Below, piece by piece: positions 54,518 through 64,000 of a DNA stretch of 64,000 nt. Source of the stretch: an uncultured Sphingomonadales bacterium (lineage in GTDB: Bacteria > Pseudomonadota > Alphaproteobacteria > Sphingomonadales > Govanellaceae); assembly GCA_964508185.1 (NCBI GenBank), contig CAZDSS010000002.1, positions 6,674 through 70,673 of the forward strand. The letters run 5' to 3'. A program made the position numbers and the translations under genes. The notes under the pieces were generated by a model. It worked only from the letters and a program-made list of their open reading frames with translations, had not been told where the DNA came from and did no database searches. How positions within the stretch are numbered: the stretch's first letter is position 1; each line of letters begins with the position of its first letter.

Positions 54518-55531
54518 TTATCGCGACCGGGCCATGACCTTTTTCAGCCAGTCCGCCGTGTCCGCGAAGGCACGGTCGGCGACTTCCGCGATCGATACGG
54601 CCTCGAGAAAGCTGTGGGTCGCCCCTTCATAGACCCTGGCGTCCGCTGAAACGCCCGCGGCGTGCAAACGTTCGGCCATGATGAGGCTCTGCTCGGTCAG
54701 AAGGTCGCATTCGGGAATGACGAGAAAGGCCGGCGGCAGCCCCTCGAGCCGCGCCCGCAGGGGGCAGACGAGAGGATCCGCGCGGTCCCTGTCGTCGCGC
54801 AGGTAATTGTCCCAGAACACGTCCATCTCGTCGCTTCCCAGCATGTAGCCGGGGCCGCCGAAGCGGCTGCGGGATTCTTCCGATGTCTCCACGTCGAACG
54901 CGCCGTAGTTCAGCACCATGGCGGAGATCACGTCGCCCTCCCCCGCATCCCGCAGGGTGAGCGCCGTCGCCACGGTCAGATTGGCGCCCGCGGAATCGCC
55001 TCCCATGGCAAGGCGGGCGGTGTCGATGTTCCACTCCGCCCCGTTGTCCTTCAGCCACCGGGTCGCATCCACGATCTGCTCCAGCGCCACGGGATACTTC
55101 ACCTCGGGCGACAGGGCGTAATCGACGCCCACGACGATCACTTCGGCCCGCGCCGCATATTCTCGCATCAGCCGGTCGTGGGTGTCGAGGCTGAATACCG
55201 TCCAGCCGCCGCCATGGATGTAGATCAGCGCCGGAAGCGCCCCCTCCCCCTTCGGATCATGGATCCGCAGCCGCACCGGGCCGTGGCGGGACGGCGCCGT
55301 CACCTCCGTGGTGCGGGCCATGGCGGGTCCGCCCGCGGCCCAGGGAGCGCGGATTTCCTCGATCACCCGCCGCCGTTCGGGGTAGGACATGGTGGCAAAA
55401 CCGGGATAGCGCCCATAGGCGCCGCTGATGGAATCAACGAAGCGCTTCACGTCCGGATCCAGATCCCGCGCCGCGTCGCCCCCCTTGCTTTTGTTGAGCC
55501 GGAGTTTATCTTCGCCATTGATGCCGTTCAA
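54518..55531 (-). CDS. Alpha/beta hydrolase, family IV (HSL-like) esterase/lipase
   Basis: Oxyanion motif HGGGW and nucleophile elbow GDSAGANL. I trimmed the ORF-track 625-aa ORF to the TTG at 55531 (GGGAG upstream). The exact start is uncertain. Confidence 0.78.
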   Translation of the reverse strand: MNGINGEDKLRLNKSKGGDAARDLDPDVKRFVDSISGAYGRYPGFATMSYPERRRVIEEIRAPWAAGGPAMARTTEVTAPSRHGPVRLRIHDPKGEGALPALIYIHGGGWTVFSLDTHDRLMREYAARAEVIVVGVDYALSPEVKYPVALEQIVDATRWLKDNGAEWNIDTARLAMGGDSAGANLTVATALTLRDAGEGDVISAMVLNYGAFDVETSEESRSRFGGPGYMLGSDEMDVFWDNYLRDDRDRADPLVCPLRARLEGLPPAFLVIPECDLLTEQSLIMAERLHAAGVSADARVYEGATHSFLEAVSIAEVADRAFADTADWLKKVMARSR

Positions 55532-55639
55532 ATCGGACTCCCTCGAGCCTCGCACAAACCAATCAACCGCTGAAAAATCTAGTCTTGTGCGGGCGGCGCT
55601 GCTATCGCGCGCGGAACAATAAACATCTAGGGCGGGCCA

Positions 55640-56422
55640 ATGAATCGCAGCACACGCGGAATCGATTATCAGAACGTGCCGCGGCCGGTGGCGGCGCTGG
55701 CGGACGAATATCCCCCCAATTTCGTGGACCCGCCGCACAGCCATCCGCGGGCGCAGCTCGTCTATGCGGCGACGGGGGTGATTTCGGTCATCACCCATGC
55801 GGGAAGCTTCATGGTGCCGCCCCAGCGCGCGGTCTGGGTCCCCGCCGGCATGGTGCACGAGGCCCATTGCCGCGGCCATGTATCGGTCCGCACCCTCTAT
55901 ATCGATACCCGCGCGCGGCCGGACCTTCCCAGGTCCTGCCGGGTGATCGAGGTCTCGACCCTGCTCCGCGAGCTCATCATCGAGGCGACCCAGATCCCCA
56001 TCGAATACGACGTCAACGGCCGCGACGGCCGGGTGATGGAGCTGATCCTGGACGAAATCACGGCGACGCCCGCCGCCCCCCTTCATATCCCCATGCCGCA
56101 GAGCATGCGGCTCTTGAAGGTCTGCCGCGAGATCCTGGCGAATCCCGCCAACAACCAGACCCTGGACGAATGGGCGGCGGCGGCCGCCATGGGGCGGCGC
56201 ACCTTCACGCGCATGTTCCGCAAGGAAACGGGGATGAGCTTCGCCTTCTGGCGCCAGCATGTGCGCCTCATGGAGGCGCTGTCCCGCCTCGCCACCGGGC
56301 AGCGGGTGACGACGGTGGCGCTGGACGTGGGCTACAACAGCCCGAGCGCCTTCACCGCCATGTTCCGCCGCACCTTCGGCATGGCGCCGTCGCAATATTT
56401 CGGCAACGGCGGCGAGGAATGA
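55640..56422 (+). CDS. AraC-family transcriptional regulator (cupin N-domain plus HTH)
   Basis: 260 aa. The C-terminal AraC HTH region includes LDEWAAAAAMGRRTFTRMFRKETGMSF and GYNSPSAFTAMFRRTFG. Confidence 0.88.
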   Translation: MNRSTRGIDYQNVPRPVAALADEYPPNFVDPPHSHPRAQLVYAATGVISVITHAGSFMVPPQRAVWVPAGMVHEAHCRGHVSVRTLYIDTRARPDLPRSCRVIEVSTLLRELIIEATQIPIEYDVNGRDGRVMELILDEITATPAAPLHIPMPQSMRLLKVCREILANPANNQTLDEWAAAAAMGRRTFTRMFRKETGMSFAFWRQHVRLMEALSRLATGQRVTTVALDVGYNSPSAFTAMFRRTFGMAPSQYFGNGGEE

Positions 56423-56428
56423 CGGGAA

Positions 56429-57055
56429 TCAGGCGCGGCCCGGATTGAAGTCGCGCATCCAGGCGGCAAGCTCCGTGTCCCCGCCCGCGTCCAGCCCCTT
56501 GAGGATGTCCGCCAGCACGTCCGGCCGCTCGTCCTGGCCGAGCTTGAACCTGGCGCGGGTATCCTTGATGCGGGCGCGGAAGCCGACGATGCGGGACGCG
56601 AGCATCTCGTAGCGCGCGCCCATTTCAGGGATGGACCAGGCGCGCTCCCGCCCCGCCTCCATGGCGCCGACGAGATCGTCGAGATGGGCGCGGATTTCCG
56701 CCGGATCCTCGAAGAATTCGATCTCCGCCGCAAACTGCGCGCTTGCATAGTTCCAGGTGGGCGCCTGGGTCCTGTCCGCCATCCATGACGGGGAGATGTA
56801 GCCGTTGACGCCAAGGAACAGGATGAGCGCCCGCGGATCGGCGCGAAGGGCCGCAAGATGGGCGTTGCCGCGGGCGAAATGGCCCATGAAGCCCAAAAGA
56901 TTCCCGTCTTCCTCCATGGGCCGCAGGGGCAGAAGGGTCGCATTGAAGCCCGCATCCCCGCCGCCGGATACGATCCAGGCCAGGGGCTGCCCCGCCACCA
57001 GGCGCTTCACATCCTCCGCCGAGCGCGGGGCAAAGAGATCACGCTTGTCGCTCAT
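56429..57055 (-). CDS. paiB: FMN-binding negative transcriptional regulator PaiB-like
   Basis: 208 aa. The pattern (HFARGNAH, ISPSWM, VPTWNY, RFKLGQ) is typical of the PaiB family. Confidence 0.75.
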   Translation of the reverse strand: MSDKRDLFAPRSAEDVKRLVAGQPLAWIVSGGGDAGFNATLLPLRPMEEDGNLLGFMGHFARGNAHLAALRADPRALILFLGVNGYISPSWMADRTQAPTWNYASAQFAAEIEFFEDPAEIRAHLDDLVGAMEAGRERAWSIPEMGARYEMLASRIVGFRARIKDTRARFKLGQDERPDVLADILKGLDAGGDTELAAWMRDFNPGRA

Positions 57056-58617
57056 CCTTGAGACTTCCCGATTTCAGGACATGGGGCCGCATCCTCCCGA
57101 CCGGCCCGCGCATGTCGCACGCCATAGGTGAAATAGAGCACGAGCCCGGCCACCGCATAGCTGCCGAGGATCACGGCCGGGATGATGTCGCCGCGCAAGG
57201 CCTGACCCACGATGTCCATGAGCACCGGCACGATCATCAGCCAGCACAACAGGATCGCCGCCACTGGAATATAGCCGATCCAGACCTTCCCGACCATGAA
57301 GCCGCCGAACGGCACCTTGAACGGACGCGCGAGATCGGGGCGCTTGCTGCGCAGCCACATGAGGCTGAAACAGACGATGGAAAAGGCGGAGGCGATCCCG
57401 AGGCTGATGAGATCGGCCAAAAGCGTGATGGGCAGAAGCGCCGCGCCCGCCGCCGAGATCACGCCATAGGTGATGGTGCCGAGCCAGGGGGTGACGTACT
57501 TCGGGTGAAGCGCGCTGAACAGGGGCGGAAGCAATCCGTCCTTGGACATGGCGAAGCTCACCCGCGACTGCCCGTAGGCATTGACGAGCAGCACGGAGCC
57601 GAGCCCCATGAGCGCGCCGAACTTCACGACCACCGCGAATTCCGGCATTGCCATGCGGTCAACCGCAAGGGCGATCGGGTCCGGCACGTTGAGCTCGCGG
57701 AACGGCACGATGCCCGTGAGGACCAGGGATACCGCGATATAGACCGTGGTGCAGACGATGAGCGCGCCGAGGATTCCGATGGGCACGTCCCGCTGGGGCT
57801 TGCGCGCCTCCGCCGCGGCGGTCGAGACCGTCTCGAACCCGATATAGGCGAAGAACAGGACGGATGCGGCGCGGAACACGCCCGCCCAGCCATAGGTGAA
57901 TTCGCCCTCGTTCTCAGGAATGAAGGGTTGCCAGTTCTCGGGCGCGACTGCGCTCACCCCGACGATGATGAAGGCGATCAGCACCAGGATCTTGATGACC
58001 ACCATCACGTTGTTGGCCTGGGCCGATTCCCGGATGCCGATGACGAGGATGACGGTGACGATCGCTATGGTCGCCGCGGCAATCAGGTTGACGCCGCCGC
58101 CATAGATGAAGTCCGTGCCGCCGGGCGTTATCACCGACTGCACCGTGGGGGTGGCGATGAAGGCCGGAACGAGAATGCCGAAATCGGCGAGAAGGCTCGT
58201 GAGATAGCCGGAAAACCCGACGGCGAGCGCCGCCGCGGCGAGTCCGTATTCGAGAAGGAGCAGCCAGCCGAGCGCCCAGGCCGCGATCTCGCCGATGGTC
58301 GCATAGCAATAGGTGTAGGACGAGCCCGAGACCGGCATGGTCGAGGCAAGCTCCGCATAGCAGAGCCCCGTGAGGGCGCAGGCGAGCCCCGCGATCATGA
58401 AGGACAACACGACGCCGGGCCCCGCGAAATTGGCGGCCGCCGTTCCGGTCATGACGAAGATCCCGGCGCCCAGGATGCAGCCGACGCCGAGGAACACCAG
58501 ATTGGTTGCGCTCAGGCTGCGCTTCAGGCCTTGTGACAGCGCCTCGGCCTGAACCGTCTCGACCGTCTTGCGTGTGAAGATTCTCGAACGCAGCGCGCGT
58601 CCGCTCCTGTCGCTCAT
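57052..58617 (-). CDS. APC-superfamily amino acid permease
   Basis: 521 aa from the ATG at 58617 (GGGAG upstream). Motif NLVFLGVGCILGAGIFV. 12-14 TM segments. Confidence 0.88.
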   Translation of the reverse strand: MSDRSGRALRSRIFTRKTVETVQAEALSQGLKRSLSATNLVFLGVGCILGAGIFVMTGTAAANFAGPGVVLSFMIAGLACALTGLCYAELASTMPVSGSSYTYCYATIGEIAAWALGWLLLLEYGLAAAALAVGFSGYLTSLLADFGILVPAFIATPTVQSVITPGGTDFIYGGGVNLIAAATIAIVTVILVIGIRESAQANNVMVVIKILVLIAFIIVGVSAVAPENWQPFIPENEGEFTYGWAGVFRAASVLFFAYIGFETVSTAAAEARKPQRDVPIGILGALIVCTTVYIAVSLVLTGIVPFRELNVPDPIALAVDRMAMPEFAVVVKFGALMGLGSVLLVNAYGQSRVSFAMSKDGLLPPLFSALHPKYVTPWLGTITYGVISAAGAALLPITLLADLISLGIASAFSIVCFSLMWLRSKRPDLARPFKVPFGGFMVGKVWIGYIPVAAILLCWLMIVPVLMDIVGQALRGDIIPAVILGSYAVAGLVLYFTYGVRHARAGREDAAPCPEIGKSQG

Positions 58618-58821
58618 GATTGCGGAACTCCCAACTCCCCTTGCTTGTGATATTAGAACTTTACGCTCTTCCCACATACGCGCGCGGGCCAATGATTTTC
58701 TCGATCAGGCCAAAGGGGGCGAAACGGGGCAGACATCCGCCCATTGCACGCTATGTTCGGGCGGGGGCGCGGATTCCATCCCGCGCCTGCCTGTATTCAA
58801 GTTGCAACGAAGGACGCCATC

Positions 58822-59991
58822 ATGCTTCGCAATACGCATGCGGTCAGCCCTTTGGCCCTGCTCACCTTTCTGGTTGCGCCCGCGGCCGCCGCGGCGGAGG
58901 AAAGCGCCGCCCGCTTCGACATCCGGTATATCGCCGACGTCATGTCCAACCTGTCCGGCGGCCTCGAGACCGGCAGCCGCTACATGGACAATCTGGACCT
59001 GTCGCTCGAAGTGGATGCGGAGCGCGCCATGGGCTGGAACGGCGCGACCCTGTTCCTTTACGGCGTCTACAACAACGGCAAGGCCCTGTCCGGCGATCTC
59101 GTGGGCGACGCCCAGGCCCTGAGCAGCATCGAGACGGGCGTCGAGGCCGCCCGCCTTCTGGAAGCCTGGATCGACCAGCGCTTTCTCGACGACCGCGCCT
59201 CGATCCGGGTGGGACTCTATGACCTCAACAGCGAATTCGACGTGATCGACACGGCGGACCTGTTCCTGCACGCGGCGCAGACCACCACCTTCGCCCTCGC
59301 CCAGAGCGGGGAAGCGGGACCTTCGATCTTTCCGGTAACCTCCCTCGCCGCGCGGGCCGAATTCCGGCTGACCGACGCCCTTCTCCTGCGCACGGCGGTG
59401 CTCGACGGCGTGCCCGGCGATCCCGATCATCCGAAGCGCACGGCGGTCAAGCTCGGCGACGGCGACGGCGCCTTGCTTGTAAGCGAGCTGGAATATGGCG
59501 CTGGCAGCATGCGCGCGGCCGCCGGATACTGGCGCTATACGGCTCGGTTCGAGGATCTGGAGACGGGACGCTTGCGCCGCGGCAATGACGGGATCTATGC
59601 CCTGGTGGAAGGCCGGGTCTACGAGGACCCCGACGATCCGCGCCGTGGCCTCGCCCTTTATGCCCATGGCGGCTGGGCGAGCGCCGGGGTCAATCCGTTC
59701 AAATATTCCCTGGCCGCCGGCGCGGTCTATACGGGGATCCTCCCGGCGCGGCCGGAGGACGATCTCGGCCTTTCCGTCGCCTGGGTCGAAAGCGGCGGGC
59801 CGTACAAGCGCGCGGACGACGCGCTCAAGCGGGAGGTCGCCTTCGAACTCACCTACCGCGCCCGCATCAACGACATGATCGCCATCCAGCCCGACATCCA
59901 GTACGTGATCAATCCCGGCGTCGCGCCGGACGTGAAGGACGCCTTCGTCATCGGCCTCAGGCTCGATCTCGCCTGGGGGACGGATCTCTAG
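58822..59991 (+). CDS. oprB: OprB-family (carbohydrate-selective) porin
   Basis: 389 aa from the ATG at 58822, with a signal peptide ending AAAAAA. Blocks LLEAWIDQRF, RVGLYDLNSEF and IQPDIQYVINPG are typical of the OprB family. Confidence 0.72.
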   Translation: MLRNTHAVSPLALLTFLVAPAAAAAEESAARFDIRYIADVMSNLSGGLETGSRYMDNLDLSLEVDAERAMGWNGATLFLYGVYNNGKALSGDLVGDAQALSSIETGVEAARLLEAWIDQRFLDDRASIRVGLYDLNSEFDVIDTADLFLHAAQTTTFALAQSGEAGPSIFPVTSLAARAEFRLTDALLLRTAVLDGVPGDPDHPKRTAVKLGDGDGALLVSELEYGAGSMRAAAGYWRYTARFEDLETGRLRRGNDGIYALVEGRVYEDPDDPRRGLALYAHGGWASAGVNPFKYSLAAGAVYTGILPARPEDDLGLSVAWVESGGPYKRADDALKREVAFELTYRARINDMIAIQPDIQYVINPGVAPDVKDAFVIGLRLDLAWGTDL

Positions 59992-60174
59992 CGCCTTGCG
60001 AGAGGCGGCCGCCGACACGGAATCGGCGCCGCCATTTGCCAATCCCCCTCGCGTCGCCAAAGCGCCGATCGCATCTTGATCGACATTGGCCATCTCATTG
60101 TTCATTCTTCTGTTGCCGAGCGAGGCCGGGCAATACCGGTTCCGGGTTGACGAAGACTGCATGCGAGGGGGTGT

Positions 60175-61288
60175 ATGGCACACGGTGTTCTTTTTACTGT
60201 TGATCCTGACGGCAGCCTGAGGCGGATGACGCCCCTCGGCGCCCGAGACGGAAGACAGGGTGCAGAGCTTGGTGGCGCGATACCCTGAACTCATTGCTGA
60301 CGGGGACGGCCCCCTGTTGCTGATCCGGCGGGAACAGGCCATCAGCGATAACGAGCAAGGCAACGGCCGCTGGTCCGTCGATCATCTGTTCGTGACCCAG
60401 GATGCAGTCCCGGTTCTGGTTGAGGTCAAACGGGCTGCCGATACTCGCCTCCGCCGGGAGGTCGTCGGCCAGATGCTGGATTATGCGGCGAACGCCACCG
60501 CGTATTGGCAGGCGGGAAGCATCGCCCGAAGCTTCGCTGAAACTGCCGAGGCCGCGGGCATGGATCCGGAGACCGCACTGCAGCAGTTCATCGGCGATCA
60601 GGACCCGGCGGTATTCTGGGATCAGGTCGACGCAAATTTCAAAGCGGGACGCATCAAACTCGTGTTCGTCGCCGACGAGATCCCACGGGAGCTGGCGCGC
60701 GTACTGGAGTTTCTCAACGACCAGATGCGCGCAGACGTTCGCGCCGTGGAACTCCGCTGGTTCGCGGGTGACGGCGGCGCCGTCACCTTGAGCCCGCGCG
60801 TGATCGGCGAAACGGAACGGGCCGCCGCTGCCAAGTCTTCCCGGCTCGCCTTGCCCCCGCTCTCATGTGAGGAATGGCTGGAGAAACATATCACGGAAGG
60901 TGACAAGGATGCACGTGAGGGCGCAGCCGCCTTCATCGCGCTGACGGAAAGCCTTGGCGCCCGAACAGGCGTCTCGAAGGGCCAGGCCTCGATCTATGCC
61001 GCCTTCCCGTGGCATGACGGCAAGGAAATCCAGCCGCTTCATCTCTGGCAATGGGGCAAGCGCGGCCTTCTTGTCTCGTTCACCCTCCGCAATCTGTACT
61101 ACCAGCCGGGCTTCGAGGATGAAGAGGTTCGCCGCCACTTTCGGGAAGAACTCGAGCGGATCGTAGGTCCGCTCACGACAACGAACCTGCGCGGCTTTCC
61201 TGCCTTCAGGGTCGCTCTTCTTGCGGATGACGAGATCGTCGCAAAGCTGAAGCAGTGGCTTTCCGCTCTGCTCGACTTGGGCAGATGA
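60175..61288 (+). pseudogene. PD-(D/E)XK (NucS/DUF91-like) nuclease-fold protein gene with an apparent +1 frameshift in a C4 run. Alternatively an intact GTG-start CDS at 60260-61288.
   Basis: The ATG at 60175 (GAGGGGG upstream) encodes MAHGVLFTVDPDGSLRRMTP, then leaves the long frame at CCCC 60232-60235. Skipping one C gives ...RRMTPSAPETEDRVQSLVARYPELI..., continuous with the 342-aa ORF. Nuclease-like core DHLFVTQDAVPVLVEVKRA...QMLDY. Confidence 0.5.
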
Positions 61289-61298
61289 GGATGACTGC

Positions 61299-61598
61299 CT
61301 AGCGCCGCAGCACGTCCTGCCATTCGGGATGGCGGTCGAACTGGGCCTTGGCGAAGGGGCAGAGGGCGATGATGGCGCGGCCTTCGCGCCGGGCGTCCTC
61401 GACCGCGCGCTCGACGAGCGCCCGTCCCACCGCGCGGCCGCGAAGGGCGTCCGGTACTGACGTGTGATCGATGATGACGATGGCGGCGCCGGCGCGGGAA
61501 TAGGTCATCTCCGCTTCCACACCGTCAAGGCGGGCCACATAGCGGCCCTTGCTCGGCCCCTCCACCCGATTGATGACGAGGTCTTCCGGTGTCTCCAT
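61299..61598 (-). CDS. Small GNAT-like acetyltransferase (YjdJ/Acetyltransf_CG type)
   Basis: 99 aa. GRGVG-like motif RGRAVGRALV and C-terminal CPFAKAQF are typical of this mini-GNAT family. Confidence 0.75.
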   Translation of the reverse strand: METPEDLVINRVEGPSKGRYVARLDGVEAEMTYSRAGAAIVIIDHTSVPDALRGRAVGRALVERAVEDARREGRAIIALCPFAKAQFDRHPEWQDVLRR

Positions 61599-61601
61599 GG
61601 C

Positions 61602-62582
61602 TCAGGATCCTTGGCTTGGGACGGGCGACGTCAAAGGTCGCGGGCGGCGCGGGACGCCGAGGGGACATTCCAAGGCATCACGATCCCAGCGCCCGAGATC
61701 GGCGGCGGCCCTGTAGGTGCTCTCCAGAAAGGCCAGCAAGGTCGCTTCCGGATCTTCTGCCGTGCGCACGGCGTCATAGGGCAGGATGAACTCGCCGAGT
61801 TGTTCATCGAACCGCGCGGCGGCGGGCGCGACGGGCGCCGCGGCGAAGCCCGCGGGCATGGGATAGGCGTAGGAATAGAAGGCCGCGTGATCGAGGCCCC
61901 CGCCCCCGGGCCAGAAGCCGGCGGACGAGACCTCGTGGCTGTAGGCCTCTTGCGTCACGGCGTCGGGCAGATGGGGGACGCCGCCGGGATGGAGCGGCGC
62001 GCGACGGCCCGAAAAGCGGGTCACCGCCAGATCGAAGCTGCCCCAGAAGAAATGCACGGGACTGGACTTTCCGATGAAGCCGGTGCGGAAGCGCTGCAAG
62101 ACCCGCGTCGCCGCAACGATCACCTGATGGAAGCGCGTCACCGCCGCGGCGTCATAGGGCCGCTCCTCGTGATCGTCGATGAAGGGCACGGGATCGGGAA
62201 TCTCGTTCGGAACGCCGTGGAAGGTCGCGGTGGCGCCCAGGGCATCGAGCAGCGCCGTCAGCCGTCCGTGAAATTCCGCGACCGACATGGGCCGAAGGGC
62301 GAAGCGCGCGCTTCTCCCCTCGCTCGTCATGCCCAGGACTTCGTGATCGATGAGGTCCAGCACGATCTCCACCCCGCCCGCGGCATCCGGCACGAGGCCG
62401 GTGGTGAAGCCGCGGCCGGTGGAATAGAGGGTCGCGTGCCACGAATGATTGAGCCAGGGCGTCCGGGCAAGGCGATACTTGCCGATCATCTGGCACCAGA
62501 GATGAAGCGCCCGGCAGGTCTCCGCCCATTCCGGGTAATGTAGGGGCGGCCAGTGGATGCCGCCGTTCGCCGCCGCCGTCAT
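61602..62582 (-). CDS. DUF5996-like hypothetical protein
   Basis: 326 aa from the ATG at 62582, which overlaps the GST stop (ATGA). N-terminus WPPLHYPEWAETCRALHLWCQMIGKYRLA matches my recollection of the DUF5996 family. The upstream ORF-track extension is rejected. Confidence 0.6.
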   Translation of the reverse strand: MTAAANGGIHWPPLHYPEWAETCRALHLWCQMIGKYRLARTPWLNHSWHATLYSTGRGFTTGLVPDAAGGVEIVLDLIDHEVLGMTSEGRSARFALRPMSVAEFHGRLTALLDALGATATFHGVPNEIPDPVPFIDDHEERPYDAAAVTRFHQVIVAATRVLQRFRTGFIGKSSPVHFFWGSFDLAVTRFSGRRAPLHPGGVPHLPDAVTQEAYSHEVSSAGFWPGGGGLDHAAFYSYAYPMPAGFAAAPVAPAAARFDEQLGEFILPYDAVRTAEDPEATLLAFLESTYRAAADLGRWDRDALECPLGVPRRPRPLTSPVPSQGS

Positions 62583-63205
62583 CCCACGGGTTCCATCCCC
62601 TGCCGCTGCAGTGCACGCTTCACCCCCTCGTCCGTCTCCATGCGCGCGCGATGGGAGGCAAGGACCGGATAATCGCCGATGGAGAGCGGCGTCAGCTCGA
62701 TCCAGCGGCAGAGGACATAAAGGAACGCATCGGCGAAGGAGCGCTTGCCCAGATACCATTCGCCGCCATTGGCCTTGAGCGTGTCCTCGAGCCGCCGGTA
62801 ATGTTCGCCGAGCTTCTCGTAGGTCTTGCGCTTCACCTCGTCCTGCGCCGCCTTGCTTTGGGCGAAGGCCCCGGGGGCGAAATGGCCGCCGTACGTCGCA
62901 TGGACCTCGGACGTCATGTAGGCGAGCGCCTCCTCCTCCTTGCGCCCCAAGGGCGTGTCCCGTGCGAAGCCCGGCCCGCCGAAGGCAGCGCCGAGCCAGG
63001 TCAGGATCGCCGCCGCTTCCGTCAGAACGTCGCCATCGTCGAAGCGGAGCGCCGGGACCTTCCCCTTGGGATTGATCGCCAGGAATTCCGGCTTCTTGTG
63101 GTCGCCATAGGCCATGTTGTGAATCTCGACCGGCGCATCGAGCCAGGCGATCGCGATATTGGGAGCGAGGGAACAGGTTCCCGGCATGGTATAGAGCGTC
63201 GTCAT
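62579..63205 (-). CDS. Glutathione S-transferase
   Basis: 208 aa from the ATG at 63205. The N-terminal thioredoxin-like domain carries INPKGKVPAL and LTEAAAILTWL. Confidence 0.85.
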   Translation of the reverse strand: MTTLYTMPGTCSLAPNIAIAWLDAPVEIHNMAYGDHKKPEFLAINPKGKVPALRFDDGDVLTEAAAILTWLGAAFGGPGFARDTPLGRKEEEALAYMTSEVHATYGGHFAPGAFAQSKAAQDEVKRKTYEKLGEHYRRLEDTLKANGGEWYLGKRSFADAFLYVLCRWIELTPLSIGDYPVLASHRARMETDEGVKRALQRQGMEPVG

Positions 63206-63387
63206 CCAGCCGTCCTTTCGTGGAGGGTTGATGGTTCGCCGCCCGGCACCGGACAAACGCAGGCAGGAAGCTGTCCGTTCCCCCAGCCGCGCGGGAAAGG
63301 CATGGCCCGGATGATGCAAACGCAGTCGCATTTCACTTGGAATGCGTTATAAGCGGCGGAACGCTGCGTATCATGTGAGTTCCCGGG

Positions 63388-64000
63388 ATGGAGACAACGT
63401 CCCCCGCATCCGCCCTGTCGAGATCCCGCAAGCCGAGGCCGGAGGCCCTGCGCGGCCTGATGGACGCCTTGCCGGTGGGCGCGGGCTTCGTGCCCTTCGC
63501 CCTCGTCCTCGGTGCCCAGGCGGCGCAGAAGGGTCTCTCGATCGTCGAGGTGCCGCTGCTCACGGGGCTCAATTTCGGCGGCGGATCCGAATTCGCGGCG
63601 ATCGCCCTCTGGACTTCGCCGCCGCATGTGCTGCTGATCGCCGCCGTCGCCTTCCTCATCAACAGCCGCCACCTTCTGATGGGCGCGGTGCTCGCGCCCC
63701 ATCTGCAGCATCTGCCGAAGCGCAAGGTACTGCCCGCATTGGCCATCATGTGCGACGAATCCTGGGCACTCGCCATCAGCGACGTGCAACGTCGGCAGCT
63801 TGCGGGAGAAAGGCCCGCCTTCAGCCTGCCCTATTATCTCGGCGCGGCAATACCCCTTTATCTCACCTGGCTCGTCTTCACGTTCGTGGGGGCCTTCGTC
63901 GGCCCGCTCATCGGCGACATCGAGGCCTGGGGCCTTCATCTCGCCTTCCCCGCCGTGATCCTCGTGCTGCTCCGCGGCATGTGGCGCGGCCTGCGACCGG
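63388..64000 (+). CDS. azlC: AzlC-family branched-chain amino acid exporter subunit (partial, runs off the window)
   Basis: My own translation from the ATG at 63388: METTSPASALSRSRKPRPEALRGLMDALPVGAGFVPFALVLGAQAAQKGLS...NFGGGSEFAAIAL...INSRHLLMGAVLAP. There is no stop before the window end, so it is absent from the ORF track. Confidence 0.75.
   Translation, partial: METTSPASALSRSRKPRPEALRGLMDALPVGAGFVPFALVLGAQAAQKGLSIVEVPLLTGLNFGGGSEFAAIALWTSPPHVLLIAAVAFLINSRHLLMGAVLAPHLQHLPKRKVLPALAIMCDESWALAISDVQRRQLAGERPAFSLPYYLGAAIPLYLTWLVFTFVGAFVGPLIGDIEAWGLHLAFPAVILVLLRGMWRGLRP

Noticed and set aside
55532-56395. N-terminal roughly 288-codon extension of the esterase ORF (the ORF track gives 54518-56395)
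   Set aside because: The translation is low-complexity and lies antisense to the well-supported AraC regulator gene 55640-56422. The esterase domain begins only after about position 55531.
1-64000. Search for CRISPR arrays, IS elements or transposases, integrases, phage genes, toxin-antitoxin pairs, rRNA, tRNA and recognisable defence systems
   Set aside because: I saw no direct-repeat/spacer arrays, no transposase, integrase or recombinase-like translations, no terminal inverted repeats and no structured RNA gene signatures. The only nuclease-like gene is the isolated, possibly frameshifted, 60175-61288.

Overview
GC-rich proteobacterial, probably alphaproteobacterial, chromosomal segment. 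Strong GC3 bias produces long shadow ORFs in all six frames. I support about 57 protein-coding genes and found no rRNA, tRNA, CRISPR array or recognisable mobile element. The window is dominated by outer-membrane uptake and catabolism:

- Four TonB-dependent receptors and several MFS transporters.
- A translationally coupled CoA-thioester operon set (CitE-like lyase, MaoC hydratase, acyl-CoA dehydrogenase, 2x family-III CoA-transferase, 2x MmgE/PrpD, PaaK-like ligase, amidase, SDR, deacetylase, crotonase, VOC-like). It resembles itaconate/C5-dicarboxylate degradation clusters.
- A complete ba3-type (B-family) cytochrome oxidase operon.
- A trio of periplasmic amidohydrolases.
- Housekeeping or accessory genes at the right end.

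The most interesting signals:

1. A 12-bp palindrome, TTGTCYRGACAA with a conserved AAATT flank, occurs five times and only in promoter regions. It links three paralogous uptake/catabolic cassettes, the CoA operon and the ba3 oxidase/LysR divergent region into one apparent regulon.
2. An uncharacterised, translationally coupled gene pair (about 240-aa cytoplasmic protein plus about 225-aa polytopic membrane protein with an invariant H-x6-WLG[AS][DE] motif) is present twice. A third orphan membrane paralog also exists. All copies lie beside TonB-dependent receptors.
3. A Tat-signal-bearing nitrilase-superfamily protein contains no cysteine at all.
4. A PD-(D/E)XK-like gene appears split by a +1 frameshift in a C4 run.

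All functional calls rest on motif and family recognition by eye. No database search was possible.
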